The notes: generated by a model from the sequence alone, not told the origin. A stretch of DNA of 64,000 nt from an uncultured Alphaproteobacteria bacterium (GCA_963757495.1 CAVWRZ010000013.1:9281-73280), one strand, 5' to 3'; shown: positions 10,460-21,414, counted from the stretch's first letter. Numbers and translations: made by a program.

Positions 10460-11491
10460 CGGCAGGGATCCTGCGCGGGTCGATGCGGCCACCGCACCGC
10501 GCGCCGTGCGCGAGTATCTCGACACCTTGGATGAGGCCGCCTTCGGCGCGGCCTCGGAGGTAGCGCCGAAGTTCACCTCCTTCTCGGATCCTGCCAGCCA
10601 GTGCCTCTCGGGACATTGCTGTGCAATGCCCTGACGGTAGTAGACCGCGGCGCGCAAGGGTGAGCCGATGGAGCGCCAATGGTCCGAGCGACATTGGCGA
10701 ACGCCTTCTTCGCCTATTCGACGCACTATCTGATCGATACCGACCACGCTATGATCGTCGATGTCGAGGCGACCCGGTCGATCAGACAGGCCGAAGTCGG
10801 ATCCGTCCGGACGATGCTGGACCGGGTCAGGGCCACGTTCGATCTGCATCCGGAGCGTATCATCGCGGACACGGCATATGGGTCCGGCCCGATGTTGGAC
10901 TGGCTGGTGGAGCGGAAGATCGCGCCGCATATCCCGGTCATTGACAAGGCAGGCCGCACGGACGGCACCTGGTCCCGAACCGACTTTGCGTGGGACGCGA
11001 AGAACAACCAATACGTTTACCCGGAAGGCGAACCTCTCAAGCAATTCCGCCGCAACTACTCGGACTCGAAACGCGGCCCGACTGACAAGGGTATCGCGAA
11101 ATATCGTCTGCCAGGCCTGCCCACCTAAGCCGAGGTGCTGTCCGAACGCAGATGCCCGCAAGATCACTCGCGAAGAGCACGAAGACGCCCGCCAGGTCGC
11201 CCGCGACATTTCAAGGCTGACTCGTACGTCACCTCGATGCGGCTCCGAAAGAAGGTCGAGATGCTCTTCGCCCATCTCAAGCGCATCCTGTGCCTGGGAC
11301 GACTCCGATCACGCGGACCGAACGGCGCAAACGACGAATTCCTCCTCGCTGCAACCGCCCAGAACCTCCGCAAACTGGCCAAGATGTTCCCCGCCCAGCA
11401 ACGGCCGAAGCAAGGCTGATATCAAAGGCGCTCGCGCCCCGTCGGCACGTCACTTTCTGCACAAGCAGCATGCCCTATTTTCCACAGGATC
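10460..11491 (+). mobile_element. IS1182 family transposase pseudogene (5'-truncated)
   Basis: APRAVREYLDTLDEAAFGAAS..PKFTS.SDPASQ, AFFAYS.HYLIDTDHA.IVDVEATRSIRQAEV, IADTAYGS, RKKVEMLFAHLKRIL.LGRLR.RGP.GA.DEFLLAATAQNLRKLAK. Confidence 0.88.
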
Positions 11492-11817
11492 GGCCGTTTT
11501 CTGCCCTTCCCGCTTTGTATCCAGTCTTCTCCAGCGAGCCTTCAAGGGAAGCTACCAAGGCTTCAATGCTATCGCGCTGGCTATCACCAAGGACAGCGCG
11601 GAGCCCATTTTCGTTGGAAATATTCTGCGTGCGGGTGTTGGCGTCGAAAAGAAGGCAGCGGCGGCCAATGCCAACAGGTCTCGGCCAATCCCACGAAACC
11701 TTGTTATTTCAATAGGTAGACTAGTGTTTTCCGATATTCAAAAAAATCTTTTGACAGGGGTGCGCAAGTAAAACCGCCGGCTTGCGCCCTCTTATGCCCC
11801 ATAGGCAGGAGGTCGTC

Positions 11818-11894
11818 TGGCGGGCCCAGAAGGATTCGAACCCTCGACCTGCCGATTAGAAGTCGGCTGCTCTATCCAGCTGAGCTATGGGCCC
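11818..11894 (-). tRNA. tRNA-Arg (anticodon UCU)
   Basis: Reverse complement GGGCCCATAGCTCAGCTGGATAGAGCAGCCGACTTCTAATCGGCAGGTCGAGGGTTCGAATCCTTCTGGGCCCGCCA folds as a cloverleaf; loop CTTCTAA, GTTCGAATC T-loop, encoded CCA. Confidence 0.97.
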
Positions 11895-11934
11895 CCGCCC
11901 CCGTGCATGCCGCGAACCTCCCCCCGGGCGCAAG

Positions 11935-13254
11935 TCACAGATGCCCGCCCACCAGCTCCGCCACGTCCACCCGCGCGCCCAGTCGCGACGCCAGCAGGAA
12001 CATGCCCCCTACCTTGCGCTGCAGGTAGAGCACGTCGATGGGCACCGGCGGCGGCACGAAGCCCGACCGCGCCAGCGCCTCCCCCTCCGCCTGCAACCGC
12101 ACGGGCAGGTCTGTGCCGGCGAAATCGAAGCCACCGGGCGCGCGCAGGGCGTCGAACACCATCTCCATCATCCGCTTCAGCTGTGCTCTGTGCCCGTCGC
12201 TCAGCGTCTCCGGCAGCATCCCCAGCCGCCCCGCCGCCGCCTCCGCCCCGCCCATGTCGCCGTCGAGCCCCGCACGCAACAGCCGTCGATACTCACCCGT
12301 CACCTCCACCGAAATCTCCCGCGTGGCCCCGAAGTCCAGCAGCACGATCCGCCCCGTTCCGGCCTGCCAGCGGTAGTTGGCGAAGTTCGGATCGGTTTGC
12401 ATCACGCCCCAGCCGAAGGCCTCGCGCAGCGTCAGGTCGATCAGGTCGCGCGCCACCCGGTCGCGCACTTCCTGCGCTTCCTCCGCCACCGCCTCGATCG
12501 GCGCACCCTCCAGATAGGTCATCGCCAGGATCTCGCCCGTCGACCAGTCCGGCTGCACCTGCGGCACCACGAACCGCGCATCCCCGTCCAGTAGCGCGCC
12601 GAACCGCGCCAGGCCCCGCGCCTCCGCCGCGTAATCCGTCTCCTCGTGCAGCTGCACCCGAGCCTGCTCCAGATACGGTGCCAGATCGAACCCCTTCGGC
12701 AGCAGCCCGGAGAGCCGGATCAGCGCTCCGACGTTCGCCACGTCGCTGTCGATGCTCGCCGCCACGCCCGGATATTGCACCTTGATGGCGAGGTCGCGCC
12801 CATCCCGCGTCCGCGCCCGGTGCACCTGCCCGATGCTCGCCGCCGCCATGGGCCGTACGTCGAAACTCTCGAAGCGCGTCAGCCATCCCGCGGGCCAGTT
12901 CGATGCCAGTACCTTCTTGAGCTGCGCCGGCGGCATCACATGCGCCCCGTCGCGCAGCCGCGCCATGATCCCCGTAAGCTCCGGCGGCAACAGGTCGCCC
13001 GTGTCCATCGACACCAGCTGCCCGATCTTCATCGCCGCCCCCCGCATCTGCGCGAGCTGCTCGGTCACGCGGGAGACGTTGGCCGGAGTCAGCAGCAGCC
13101 CGCGCAGGTCCGGCCGCTCGCCCCGCCCCAGCTGCCGCGCCCCGCCCAGCGCCATGCGCCCGGCGACGCCCGCGCCGAGCCCGCCCATACGCGCCAGACG
13201 GTTCAGCCGACCGGACGGGACGGCCAGCGCTCGCCGTTCGCGCTCGTCGCTCAT
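11935..13254 (-). CDS. ABC1/AarF/UbiB family atypical kinase
   Basis: MRGAAMKIGQ, AAASIGQVHRA, LAIKVQYPGV, ETDY, MQTDPNFANY and LLDFGA motifs. Confidence 0.9.
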   Translation of the reverse strand: MSDERERRALAVPSGRLNRLARMGGLGAGVAGRMALGGARQLGRGERPDLRGLLLTPANVSRVTEQLAQMRGAAMKIGQLVSMDTGDLLPPELTGIMARLRDGAHVMPPAQLKKVLASNWPAGWLTRFESFDVRPMAAASIGQVHRARTRDGRDLAIKVQYPGVAASIDSDVANVGALIRLSGLLPKGFDLAPYLEQARVQLHEETDYAAEARGLARFGALLDGDARFVVPQVQPDWSTGEILAMTYLEGAPIEAVAEEAQEVRDRVARDLIDLTLREAFGWGVMQTDPNFANYRWQAGTGRIVLLDFGATREISVEVTGEYRRLLRAGLDGDMGGAEAAAGRLGMLPETLSDGHRAQLKRMMEMVFDALRAPGGFDFAGTDLPVRLQAEGEALARSGFVPPPVPIDVLYLQRKVGGMFLLASRLGARVDVAELVGGHL

Positions 13255-13766
13255 TCGTAGAGGCGCAGGTCCGAGACGGCCACGTCGGCGTGGAACTCCC
13301 GCCCGATGGCGATGATCCCCAGCCGCCGCAGCCCGGCCGCGTCGAAACTCGCATCGGTCCGGTGCGGCTCCAGCTCGGAGAAGGGCACGCGGACGGTCGT
13401 CCATTCCGCGGGAGCCTCGAAGGAGTACCGGAAGCTCTGCCACGGCCGGGTCAGCACGTCCGTCCGCGCGCGCAGTTCGTAGGTCTCGCCGTTGCCGTGG
13501 ACGTCGAACGTCACGCCGGTGGCCGTCGTCGCATCCGCTCCCACGTCGAAGTTCATCTGCACGAACCCGCCGTCGTTCTTCAAAGAGACGTCGCCGGTCA
13601 GCCGCGTGGCCTCGCGCCCGTCCACGACCTCCCGGTCGATACGGCCGGTGGAGACGCCGCCCATCACGGTGTCGGCCTCGAAGCGCCAGTCGGGGGTCAG
13701 GGTCATCGCATCCTCCGCGAGGGCAGGTGTGGTCAGCAGCAGGCTCAGGATCGTGGCTTTCAACAT
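13251..13766 (-). CDS. CIA30/NDUFAF1 family protein with predicted signal peptide
   Basis: DTVMGGVSTG, GDVSLKNDGGFVQ, WTTVRVPFSEL motifs; N-terminal MLKATILSLLLTTPALA. Confidence 0.85.
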   Translation of the reverse strand: MLKATILSLLLTTPALAEDAMTLTPDWRFEADTVMGGVSTGRIDREVVDGREATRLTGDVSLKNDGGFVQMNFDVGADATTATGVTFDVHGNGETYELRARTDVLTRPWQSFRYSFEAPAEWTTVRVPFSELEPHRTDASFDAAGLRRLGIIAIGREFHADVAVSDLRLYE

Positions 13767-13848
13767 GGTTGGGGATCTAGCGCACCGCGACACCGCGCCC
13801 AGCCCGGCCGCGTTGCGGCCGCCCGGCGCAGCGCCTAAGCCGCGCCCC

Positions 13849-15027
13849 ATGCGATACGATGCGATCATCCTCGGCGCGGGCGGCGCGGGCCTGATGTGCG
13901 CCGCCGTGGCCGGACGGGCGGGCGCGCGGGTGCTGGTGATCGACCACGCGCCGAAGGCAGGCAAGAAGATCCTGATCTCCGGCGGCGGGCGCTGCAACTT
14001 CACCAATACCGGCACCGAGCCGGGTCGCTTCCTGTCCGAAAACCCGCATTTCGCCAAATCCGCGCTCGGCCGCTACTCCCCGTGGGATTTCCTCGATCTG
14101 ATGCAGGCGCACGGCATCGCCTGGCACGAGAAGACGCTGGGGCAGCTCTTCTGCGACGGCTCCGCGCGGCAGATCGTGGCGATGCTCCTCGACGAATGTG
14201 CGCGGGGCGGGGCCGAGATCCGGCTGTCCACCCAGATCGGCGAGGTCGCCCATGCCGACGGTCTCTACCGCGTCGCCGGGGCCAGCGCGCCGACCCTCGT
14301 CGTCGCCACCGGCGGGCCGTCGATCCCGAAGATGGGCGCGACCGGCGTTGCCTACGACATCGCGCGGCAGTTCGGCCTGAACGTCGTCCCCCCGCGCCCC
14401 GCCCTCGTCCCCTTCACGCTGGGTGACGGCGATGCGGCCTTCCGCGACATCTCCGGGGTCGCCGTCCCCGCCACCGCACGCACCGGCTCCACGTCGTTCG
14501 AGGAAGCCGCGCTCTTCACCCACCGCGGCCTCTCCGGCCCCGCCGTCCTTCAGATCTCCTCCTACTGGTCGCGGGGCGATCCGGTTGCGCTGAATGTGAT
14601 GCCTAACGCCGCCGCCCACTTGCGAGACGCCCGCCGCCGGATGCCCCGCTCGGGCCTCAAGGCCGCGCTGACCGAATGCCTGCCCAGGCGTCTGGCCGAG
14701 GTTCTGGCCGACCGCATCGCCCTGCCCACCGAACTGGGCAATGCCTCCGACGCCACGCTCGACGAGGTAGCCAGCCAACTCACCGCGCTCACCTTCCACC
14801 CGACCGGCACCGAAGGCTACGCCAAGGCCGAGGTCACCGCCGGCGGCATCGACACCGCGGCGCTTTCGTCGACCACGATGGAAGCCCGCGCCGTCCCCGG
14901 CCTCCACGTCATCGGGGAAGCGGTGGACGTGACCGGCTGGCTCGGCGGCTACAACTTCCAGTGGGCCTGGGCCTCGGGCTGGGCCGCCGGCACGGCCATC
15001 GCTGCCCGCCCCGTGCAGCAGCGTTGA
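13849..15027 (+). CDS. HI0933/BaiN family NAD(P)/FAD-dependent oxidoreductase
   Basis: IILGAGGAGL, GKKILISGGGRCNFTN, LFTHRGLSGP, AEVTAGG, GEAVDVTGWLGGYNFQWAWASG. Confidence 0.92.
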   Translation: MRYDAIILGAGGAGLMCAAVAGRAGARVLVIDHAPKAGKKILISGGGRCNFTNTGTEPGRFLSENPHFAKSALGRYSPWDFLDLMQAHGIAWHEKTLGQLFCDGSARQIVAMLLDECARGGAEIRLSTQIGEVAHADGLYRVAGASAPTLVVATGGPSIPKMGATGVAYDIARQFGLNVVPPRPALVPFTLGDGDAAFRDISGVAVPATARTGSTSFEEAALFTHRGLSGPAVLQISSYWSRGDPVALNVMPNAAAHLRDARRRMPRSGLKAALTECLPRRLAEVLADRIALPTELGNASDATLDEVASQLTALTFHPTGTEGYAKAEVTAGGIDTAALSSTTMEARAVPGLHVIGEAVDVTGWLGGYNFQWAWASGWAAGTAIAARPVQQR

Positions 15028-15160
15028 GTTGCGGCCAGACTGACGATACAAGCTAACCCTTCGAGTCCCAGGAATTTAACCTTTGACAGAGGATCCGGCC
15101 AACTCCGTCTCAAGATCCGGCCAGTCGATCTCCTATTCATTTTCGCAACGTGACAAGAAC

Positions 15161-15186
15161 AAAAAGGGCCCACCGAAGTGAGCCCT
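15161..15186 (-). terminator. Possible intrinsic terminator (minus strand) downstream of the IS1595 gene
   Basis: AAAAA-GGGCCCAC-CGAA-GTGAGCCC: imperfect hairpin with an A-tract on its left. Confidence 0.45.
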
Positions 15187-15227
15187 GAGGCGGGTTGATC
15201 ATTTTCTGGCTGATGACGAGAACCCGC

Positions 15228-17830
15228 TTATCCACAAGACGAAGCGGAGGCATTAGGCCAACGAAGCCCGTATTCCTTTGATCGGCGCATCTGCTTTCCG
15301 ACGGCCCCTCGAAGCAGGGACCGCGTCTGCATGACCACCGGGACCGGTTTCCAGATCGTCGTGGGATTTCCCGTTAGGTTCCCGAATTTCGTGGTCCATT
15401 GCATGTAGATCTCGCCTGCCGGATCGCGGTCGTTCCAGCGCCAGATGATCTCGTCGAGGTAGCGCTGGAGGTGCTTGCGGCCGAGATCGTGATAGACGCC
15501 GACCAATGCGCGGGCCATCTGCGAGATCACCGCCTCGGCCGTGTTCGCGTGAGCGCCAGTCTCGGGATTTGCGTATTCGTTCTGGCTCTGGATGACGGAT
15601 CGATGCGAGGCCATCGTCTTCCCGAAGCCGATGTAGCTCGTGCTTCCGTCCGACATCAGCCTTGTCGTCTGCGGATCGATCCATTCCTTGAGAACGGCCT
15701 CGAGAGCGGGCCCTTGATCGCCCGGAACGACTCTTGCGCGCGCCTGTCCGTCCCGTGAGGCGGCCACGAAGACGATCGGCTTCCCACTGCCCTTTCCCCT
15801 TGGATTATTGACTTCTGCAAGAGATTTCGGCGCACCGCCGATGAAGGCGTCGTCGGTCTCGACGATATCATCCAGCGGCAGCGGATCGCATGTGCTGGGC
15901 TCCGCCCGGTCGGCCCCTGACCGCTCCACTGGAGCGTTCACCGCATTGTGGACAGGGCCTCACTCCATCATCTCGCGTATGGCATGACCTATGTGGAGTG
16001 CCCCCCGTTTCACCGGACAGTCCGGCTGGGGTTGAGCGTTTCGCGGAACTCGGCGGGCGAGCGCATGCGGAGCGCGGAATGCGGATGGACGGTGTTGTAG
16101 TCTGTGATCCATCCGGCGACGAGATCGAGCACCGTGGCGGCGTCGGGCAAGGGCGTGACGCGGACGTAGTCGCGCTTGAGGGTCTTGACGAAGGACTCGC
16201 TCATTCCGTTGCTTTCGGGCGACCGGACCGGCGTGAGGCAGGGGGTGAGGCCGAGGGCCGTGGCGAAGTCGCGCTCGCCATCGTCCTCGGACCGATGGCG
16301 GACGACGGCTCGCCCTTGGCGGTGTAGCAGCTGCCGTTGTCCATTGCCCGGCAGGGTATCGCGCAGCGATGTCCCGAGAGGGGGACAGATGCTCGACCCG
16401 GTGCGGGGCGCGACCGGTGCCGAAGCGGCGCTCGACGGCGGCGAGCATCATGTCGCGGATGTCGGAGCCGGAGATGCCCGCGCCCGCCACCGCGACGTGG
16501 GCTGCGATCTCGCGGTCGAAGGCGTCGATGAGCGAGCCTTGTCCGCCATCGGTCCGAGAACGATGGTCGAGCGCGACGCGGACCTTCTCGCCGTTCCGAC
16601 AGGCGATCTCGAGGGCGTCGGAACACCGGCGCAGGTTCGATGCCATCACCGCGACGCGGCCGTCGTGGACACGGCCCTCGCGTCGTCCGGTGGAGCGCTC
16701 CAGCGTCAGACCATGCTGGCCGAGAATGCGCGAGCCACGCGCTTGCGGTTGACCGGTTCCAGTCCTGAAGCCCGCCGCTCCCGGTTCAGCAGCGCCGTGA
16801 GGCGGCGGTGGCCGTAGGTCGGACGCTGGTCGACGAGGCGGCGGATGGCCGGCAGCAGCTCGACGTCGGCGGTCTTGCGATAGGAGCCGCGAGGCTTCGA
16901 CGCCCCGGACGCCCGCACGTGGAGCTGGGACCGGCTCACCTCCAGGGCCTCCGGCGCACAGCGGCTCACCGGGGAACCGTCCCTGGGCGGCGACGGCAGA
17001 TGCCACGTCTGTTCTTTGCCCGTGCCTGGTCCAGCGCCTCGCGCAGGATCTCGTTCTCCATCGTCTTGCGGCCAGGCATGCGCTCCAGGGCGCGGACCTT
17101 GTCCTCGAGCTTGGCAGGCCTCGGACGCGCCCACCACCGGTTCGTTCGACCCCACGGCCATCGCTCCCCCCTCGTCCATGAGGCGCCGCCAACGGAACAG
17201 CAGGTTCGGAGCCACGCCGCCCGCGCCGCGCCACGGCGGAGACGGACTCCCCGGAACCGTTCGTCGGCTTACGCGGCCCCATAGGGGCCACGGTCCTCCT
17301 CACCCTCGATGATGCGCAGCGTCCGTTGCGCCGGCCAGTAGCGGCGTCCGGCAAGGCCGGTGATCACCTCGACACGGGGATGCGTCTCGCCCGGCATAAG
17401 CATGTCCTCAAGCACAGGCTCGAGCCTTCCATGATCATGCCGGACTGTCCGGTCGAAATGGGGGGCAGTCCACCATCTTCCACGCAGTCTTCTGGTTCAC
17501 CCCCGGCAGCCGTCCCATCACGACCAGCGAAATACCCTTGGATGACGTCAGCACGGGAAACATCGCGGTGATCCAGATCCGAAGGTCGAGTTTCGTAGCG
17601 TGAAGGGGCGTCTTCGTCGTGATCGTGAACTGGCCGCGGCATCCCGCTTCGCCACACTGGTAGAGCCCGGGTCGGGATGACTTCCCCGCCAACTTGATCG
17701 AACGAACACTCCCGCAATTCGGACGATACCGCCCGTCAGCCCAGATGAGGCCTTTAAGAAAGACGCGCGCGTGATGCCCGTTCGGCATCTTGCGCCACAC
17801 GTCCTGGATGGATCTGAACTCGTCGATCAC
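15228..17830 (-). mobile_element. IS1595 family transposase pseudogene, split by a nested IS3-family element
   Basis: N-part: zinc-ribbon-like LYQC..CRGQFT..TKTPLHATKL...TSSKGIS...NQKTAWKM; resumes after the insertion as GHAIREMM; C-part IVETDDAFIGG, LMSDG, H.SVI.S..EY, ANTAE, GVYH....KHLQRYLDE..WRWN. Confidence 0.85.
15994..17472 (-). mobile_element. IS3 family (IS2-group) insertion sequence, degenerate, with terminal inverted repeats
   Basis: IRs TGGACTGCCCCCCATTTCGACCGGACAGTCCGG (from 17472, minus) and TGGAGTGCCCCCCGTTTCACCGGACAGTCCGG (from 15994); OrfA VAPNLLFRWRRLM..GRKTMENEILREAL; OrfB YGHRRLTALLNR, IDAFDRE, DNGSCYTA, ESNGMSESFVKTLKRDY, YNTVHPHSALRMRSP. Confidence 0.92.
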
Positions 17831-18001
17831 GCCACATCTCGCCAGCAATGTGAGGGGACCGGCGATATTGGCTATCCTGGCCCAAAACGAAGCCGGCTCG
17901 CCATTTCCACGCAGAATTGCCAGAAGACATTCAAGAACCGTGAACAATTGGACCGTTATTTGTATCCGCTTCTTCTGCTGGATAAGCGGGAACGAAAACC
18001 A

Positions 18002-18700
18002 CTAGGGGATCGCGCTCCCCACGCCGTCCGGCCCCGATCTCACCGAGACAGCAGTCAGCCCGACTCTACCCGGCCGCCGGCTCATCCCGCACATCATGTC
18101 ATCACCAGGAATCCGAGAGACGAAGTCTGGCCGTCGTCCCGGAATTCCGGAGAACCGTCCCGGAAATTGGCGCAGCCGTGATGTCGGAAGACCCCGCTCT
18201 GCAAACCGGAAGATCCTCGATCCAAGTGAGAAACGCGTCAAGATGCCGACGCGAAAGACAACTTTCCGGACCGTACCGGGGTCCTCGACCGGTACGAGCG
18301 GCTTGAGCAGCCCCGCTCCATACAGGGACCGGACCCGGCCCTTCGAGTCACCGATGGCCTTCGGTACATCCTCGAGCAGTACGGCGTCGGCGAGATCAGC
18401 GCAGAAGGTTTCCATCTCCTCGGCCGGAAAGACCAATCTTCCACTCTCGGCGTCCGACGCTCCAGTCGGGACGAGGCCCAGTTTTCTGGAGAAGCCGGGA
18501 GAGGTGCCTGCGATCCATGCCGGTCTCAGCCGACAGTGTAACAATGGAATGAAACTTGCGCCGGATCATCTCGACCCCAAGACCCACTTCGCCGCCATCG
18601 ACGGCGGAGTGCTCGACGGTGTGGGCGCGAAGCACGTCCCGGATCGGACCCGGGTCGATCATGTTGGCCCCCCAGTCCAGCCCGTCGTAGAGCCGCCCGT
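18002..18700 (-). pseudogene. C-terminal fragment of a probable TniQ-family (Tn7/Tn5053-like) protein, truncated by an IS1182 remnant
   Basis: YGRLYDGL...DPGPIRDVLRAH...RRKFHSIVTLSAETGMDRRHLSRLL resembles C-terminal regions of alphaproteobacterial TniQ proteins as recalled; lower GC than flanks; N-terminal TniQ domain absent. Confidence 0.45.
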
Positions 18701-18744
18701 ACGTTGCAAGGGGGCCAGCCTGGACCGCCGTGGCCGTGGCGGCG

Positions 18745-19465
18745 GTGAGCCACGTCGGCTTCGGCCCGTGACGGACCTCGACGCGATCGATCATCGTCCG
18801 CGCGGTGCCGATCCCGGCCTGCCGGATGGACCGGGTCGCCTCCACGTCCACGATGACGGCGTCGTCGGGGTCGACGATGACGGCGTCTTCGGGGCCGACG
18901 AGGCAGTCGTGCGGGCAGGTGAACACCGCCGGACCCTTCCGGGCGGCCGTCTGTCGGCTGGCGGGACCCGGGTGCGACACGGACCTGGACCTGGGCCTGG
19001 GCTTGGGCCTGGGCCTGGCCGGGCCGGCCGCGCCGAACGCGTTCGCGCATTCTGTCGTGCCGATGGCGTTCATGCGCTCACCGTCGAGGGGCTCGAGAGA
19101 CCCGCGGACCGCGCGCGGTGCTTCATAGGGGTCGATGGCACCCGCATCCCACCTCGCCCGGGCGCTCGAGCTCGAGGCCTGTCCACGTCCGCCATCCCTC
19201 CCGGGACCTCGCTGGCGCAGGGCCCTGCCGGGCAATGGATCAGACTTGCATCGACGGCGAACCCGGCACCGCCGACCAGACCCTCCTCGATGCAGCGCGT
19301 CACGACGCCCCCGAAGAGCAGCCGCAGCAGATCGCCGTCGCGAAATCCTCCCCGCCCCCCGGAATCGAGCGAACCAGGAGACTTGCCCCATCGCAACAGG
19401 GACCTCTGCGACGAAATGGACCCAGAGCGACCGATGTCGCGATCCGCATGAATGGTCGCTTCCGG
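18745..19465 (-). mobile_element. IS1182 family remnant (copy 1), inverted relative to the copy at 22.5-24.2 kb
   Basis: FRDGDLLRLLFGGVVTRCIEEGLVGGAGFAVDASLI...IVDVEATRSIRQAGIGTARTMIDR; near-identical to the reverse complement of 22510-22670 plus 23015-23540. Confidence 0.85.
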
Positions 19466-19596
19466 GATGCTGAACGTCAGGCGGGCAACATCGCTGCGGC
19501 CGGCTCGTCCATAAGCATCGCCTTCATCCCGGCCGCGCGCGGCGGACCTGATCTCTATACGGAGACAGTGCCCATCTCCCGCCCACAGGCGGCATG

Positions 19597-21414
19597 TCAT
19601 CGGAGGATCGCGGGGCCGAGGATGGCGAAGAGGCCGAGTGCACCGAGCGCCGAGCGCCGCCAGATGGGGCCAGGCGCGATTACGGCGCGGCTTACTGCCA
19701 TGAGACCGCCTGCGAGGAGCACGAAAGCCACTGCCGCGGCACCCGGCTCTTCCGCAGCCCGCAGTATCGCGGGCTGGGCGATCATGCCGAGCGGAATGAG
19801 GTAGAGCCCGAGACCGAGCGCCATCGCGGTGAGCGCCACGCGCAGCCAGTTCTCGCCCACCATGCCCGCGGCGATGAAGACCGCACCGCAGACGGGGGGG
19901 GTTATGGTTGAGAGAAGCGCGAACCAGAAGACGAAGAGGTGCGCTTGAAGAGGCTCGAGACCGAGCCGCTCCAGGGCCGGGCCGGCGACGGAGATGCAGA
20001 TCACGTAGGCGGCCGTGGTGGGCACCTCCATCCCGAGGAGGAGGCAGGCAAGCGCGGTCAGCAGAAGCGCGGGCCAGAGCGAACCGCCCGAGCCCGCGAG
20101 GATGGCTGACGTCATCTTGATCCCAAGGCCTGTGATTCCGAGGACGCCGATCACGATCGATGCGCATAGGATGATCGCTCCGATCATCGCCACCTGCCGT
20201 CCCGCCGAGAGGCATGCGGCGGAGAGGCGTCCGGGGAAGCGGGCCAACGCAAGGCCCTGTCCGTCGAATGCGAGCAACGCGGTGCCCGCCGCGATGGCCG
20301 CGACGGCGGCGTATTGCGGCGTGAAGCCGGCGGCGAACATCATCGCCAGAAGGACGGTGAAGGGCACGAGGAAGAAGGCCGAGGTCACGATTACGTCGCG
20401 CCGCGCAGGCCGGTCGGCCTCGGCCAACCCTCTCAGATCGTGTCGGGCGGCGAAACCGTCGATGCCGGTCCATACCGCCCAGAAGTAGAGCAGCGCCGGC
20501 AGGATCGCGGCGGCCATGATACCGGTGTAGGGCACTCCCGTCAGCTCGACCATGACGAAGGCACCCGCGCCCATCAGGGGCGGCATGATCTGACCACCGG
20601 AGGACGCGACCGCCTCGACGGCCGCCGCGAGCCGTTTGGGGTATCCCAGACGCGTCATGGTCGGCAGCGTGACGGCACCGGTGGAGGCGACGTTGGCTGA
20701 CGCGCTCCCCGATATGGAGCCGAAGAGCGCCGAGGAGAGGACCGAGACCTTGGCCGCGCCGCCCCTGGCGCGCCCTGCCGCCGCGGCCGCGACATTCATG
20801 AAACCCGCTCCCGCTTCACCGGCGTTGAGGATCGCACCGAAGATGACGAAGATCGCCACGACCCCGACCGAAACACCCGTCAGAGAGCCCCATATTCCGC
20901 CCTCGGAGATGGTCAGCGTGCCGAGGAACGAAGCGAGCGGAAGGCCCGCGTGGCCGAACGTGCCGGGGATGTGCTGGCCCAGGAGACCGTAGGCGAGCGC
21001 TGCGGCAGCGACGGCCGGTAGCGGCCATCCGATCATCCGGCGCGCACCCTCCAGCACCAGCGCGAGGAGGAGGACCGCAAGTGCGACCTGACCCGGACCT
21101 TCGAGGAAACCGTACTGATTCCGCAAGGCGACATGGTTCCAGGCGATCCAGAGGCAGGCGGCGATGCCCCCGCCCGAAAGCGCATAGCCCGCCGTGGCCT
21201 GCGCCTGCGTCGTGGCCGCAGCGACGAAGACCCAAGGTAGCAGAAGCGCCATGTGCAACGGCCGCGCGACCAGGTTGGGCACGAGCCCGTAGAGGATCAG
21301 GCCCAGATGCGCCGCGACCGTCAGAGCGCCGAGTGCGACCCAAACGGCCCGTCGCCCACGGGGATCGGCGGGTGCGAGGGGCGCGGCGGGAACCGTTCGG
21401 AGGGGACTATCCAT
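19597..21414 (-). CDS. TRAP transporter fused permease (4TM/12TM fusion type)
   Basis: Many TM helices; AAKVSVLSSALFGSISGSASANV, EAVASSGGQIMPPLMGAGAF, LGMEVPTTAAY, ITPPV motifs. Confidence 0.92.
   Translation of the reverse strand: MDSPLRTVPAAPLAPADPRGRRAVWVALGALTVAAHLGLILYGLVPNLVARPLHMALLLPWVFVAAATTQAQATAGYALSGGGIAACLWIAWNHVALRNQYGFLEGPGQVALAVLLLALVLEGARRMIGWPLPAVAAAALAYGLLGQHIPGTFGHAGLPLASFLGTLTISEGGIWGSLTGVSVGVVAIFVIFGAILNAGEAGAGFMNVAAAAAGRARGGAAKVSVLSSALFGSISGSASANVASTGAVTLPTMTRLGYPKRLAAAVEAVASSGGQIMPPLMGAGAFVMVELTGVPYTGIMAAAILPALLYFWAVWTGIDGFAARHDLRGLAEADRPARRDVIVTSAFFLVPFTVLLAMMFAAGFTPQYAAVAAIAAGTALLAFDGQGLALARFPGRLSAACLSAGRQVAMIGAIILCASIVIGVLGITGLGIKMTSAILAGSGGSLWPALLLTALACLLLGMEVPTTAAYVICISVAGPALERLGLEPLQAHLFVFWFALLSTITPPVCGAVFIAAGMVGENWLRVALTAMALGLGLYLIPLGMIAQPAILRAAEEPGAAAVAFVLLAGGLMAVSRAVIAPGPIWRRSALGALGLFAILGPAILR

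Noticed and set aside
11495-11770. Lower-GC segment between IS1182 and the tRNA as a gene or integrase remnant
   Set aside because: No start codon or recognisable motif could be supported in any frame.
16955-16975. GTGAGCCGCTGTGCGCC (minus strand) in the IS3 frameshift region as a family B copy
   Set aside because: Only the left part matches; it can be explained by degenerate IS coding sequence.
15091-17879. Candidate IS1595 terminal inverted repeats (GGATCCGGCCAACT at 15091 versus GGATAGCCAATAT on the minus strand at ~17879)
   Set aside because: Match too weak to call by eye.
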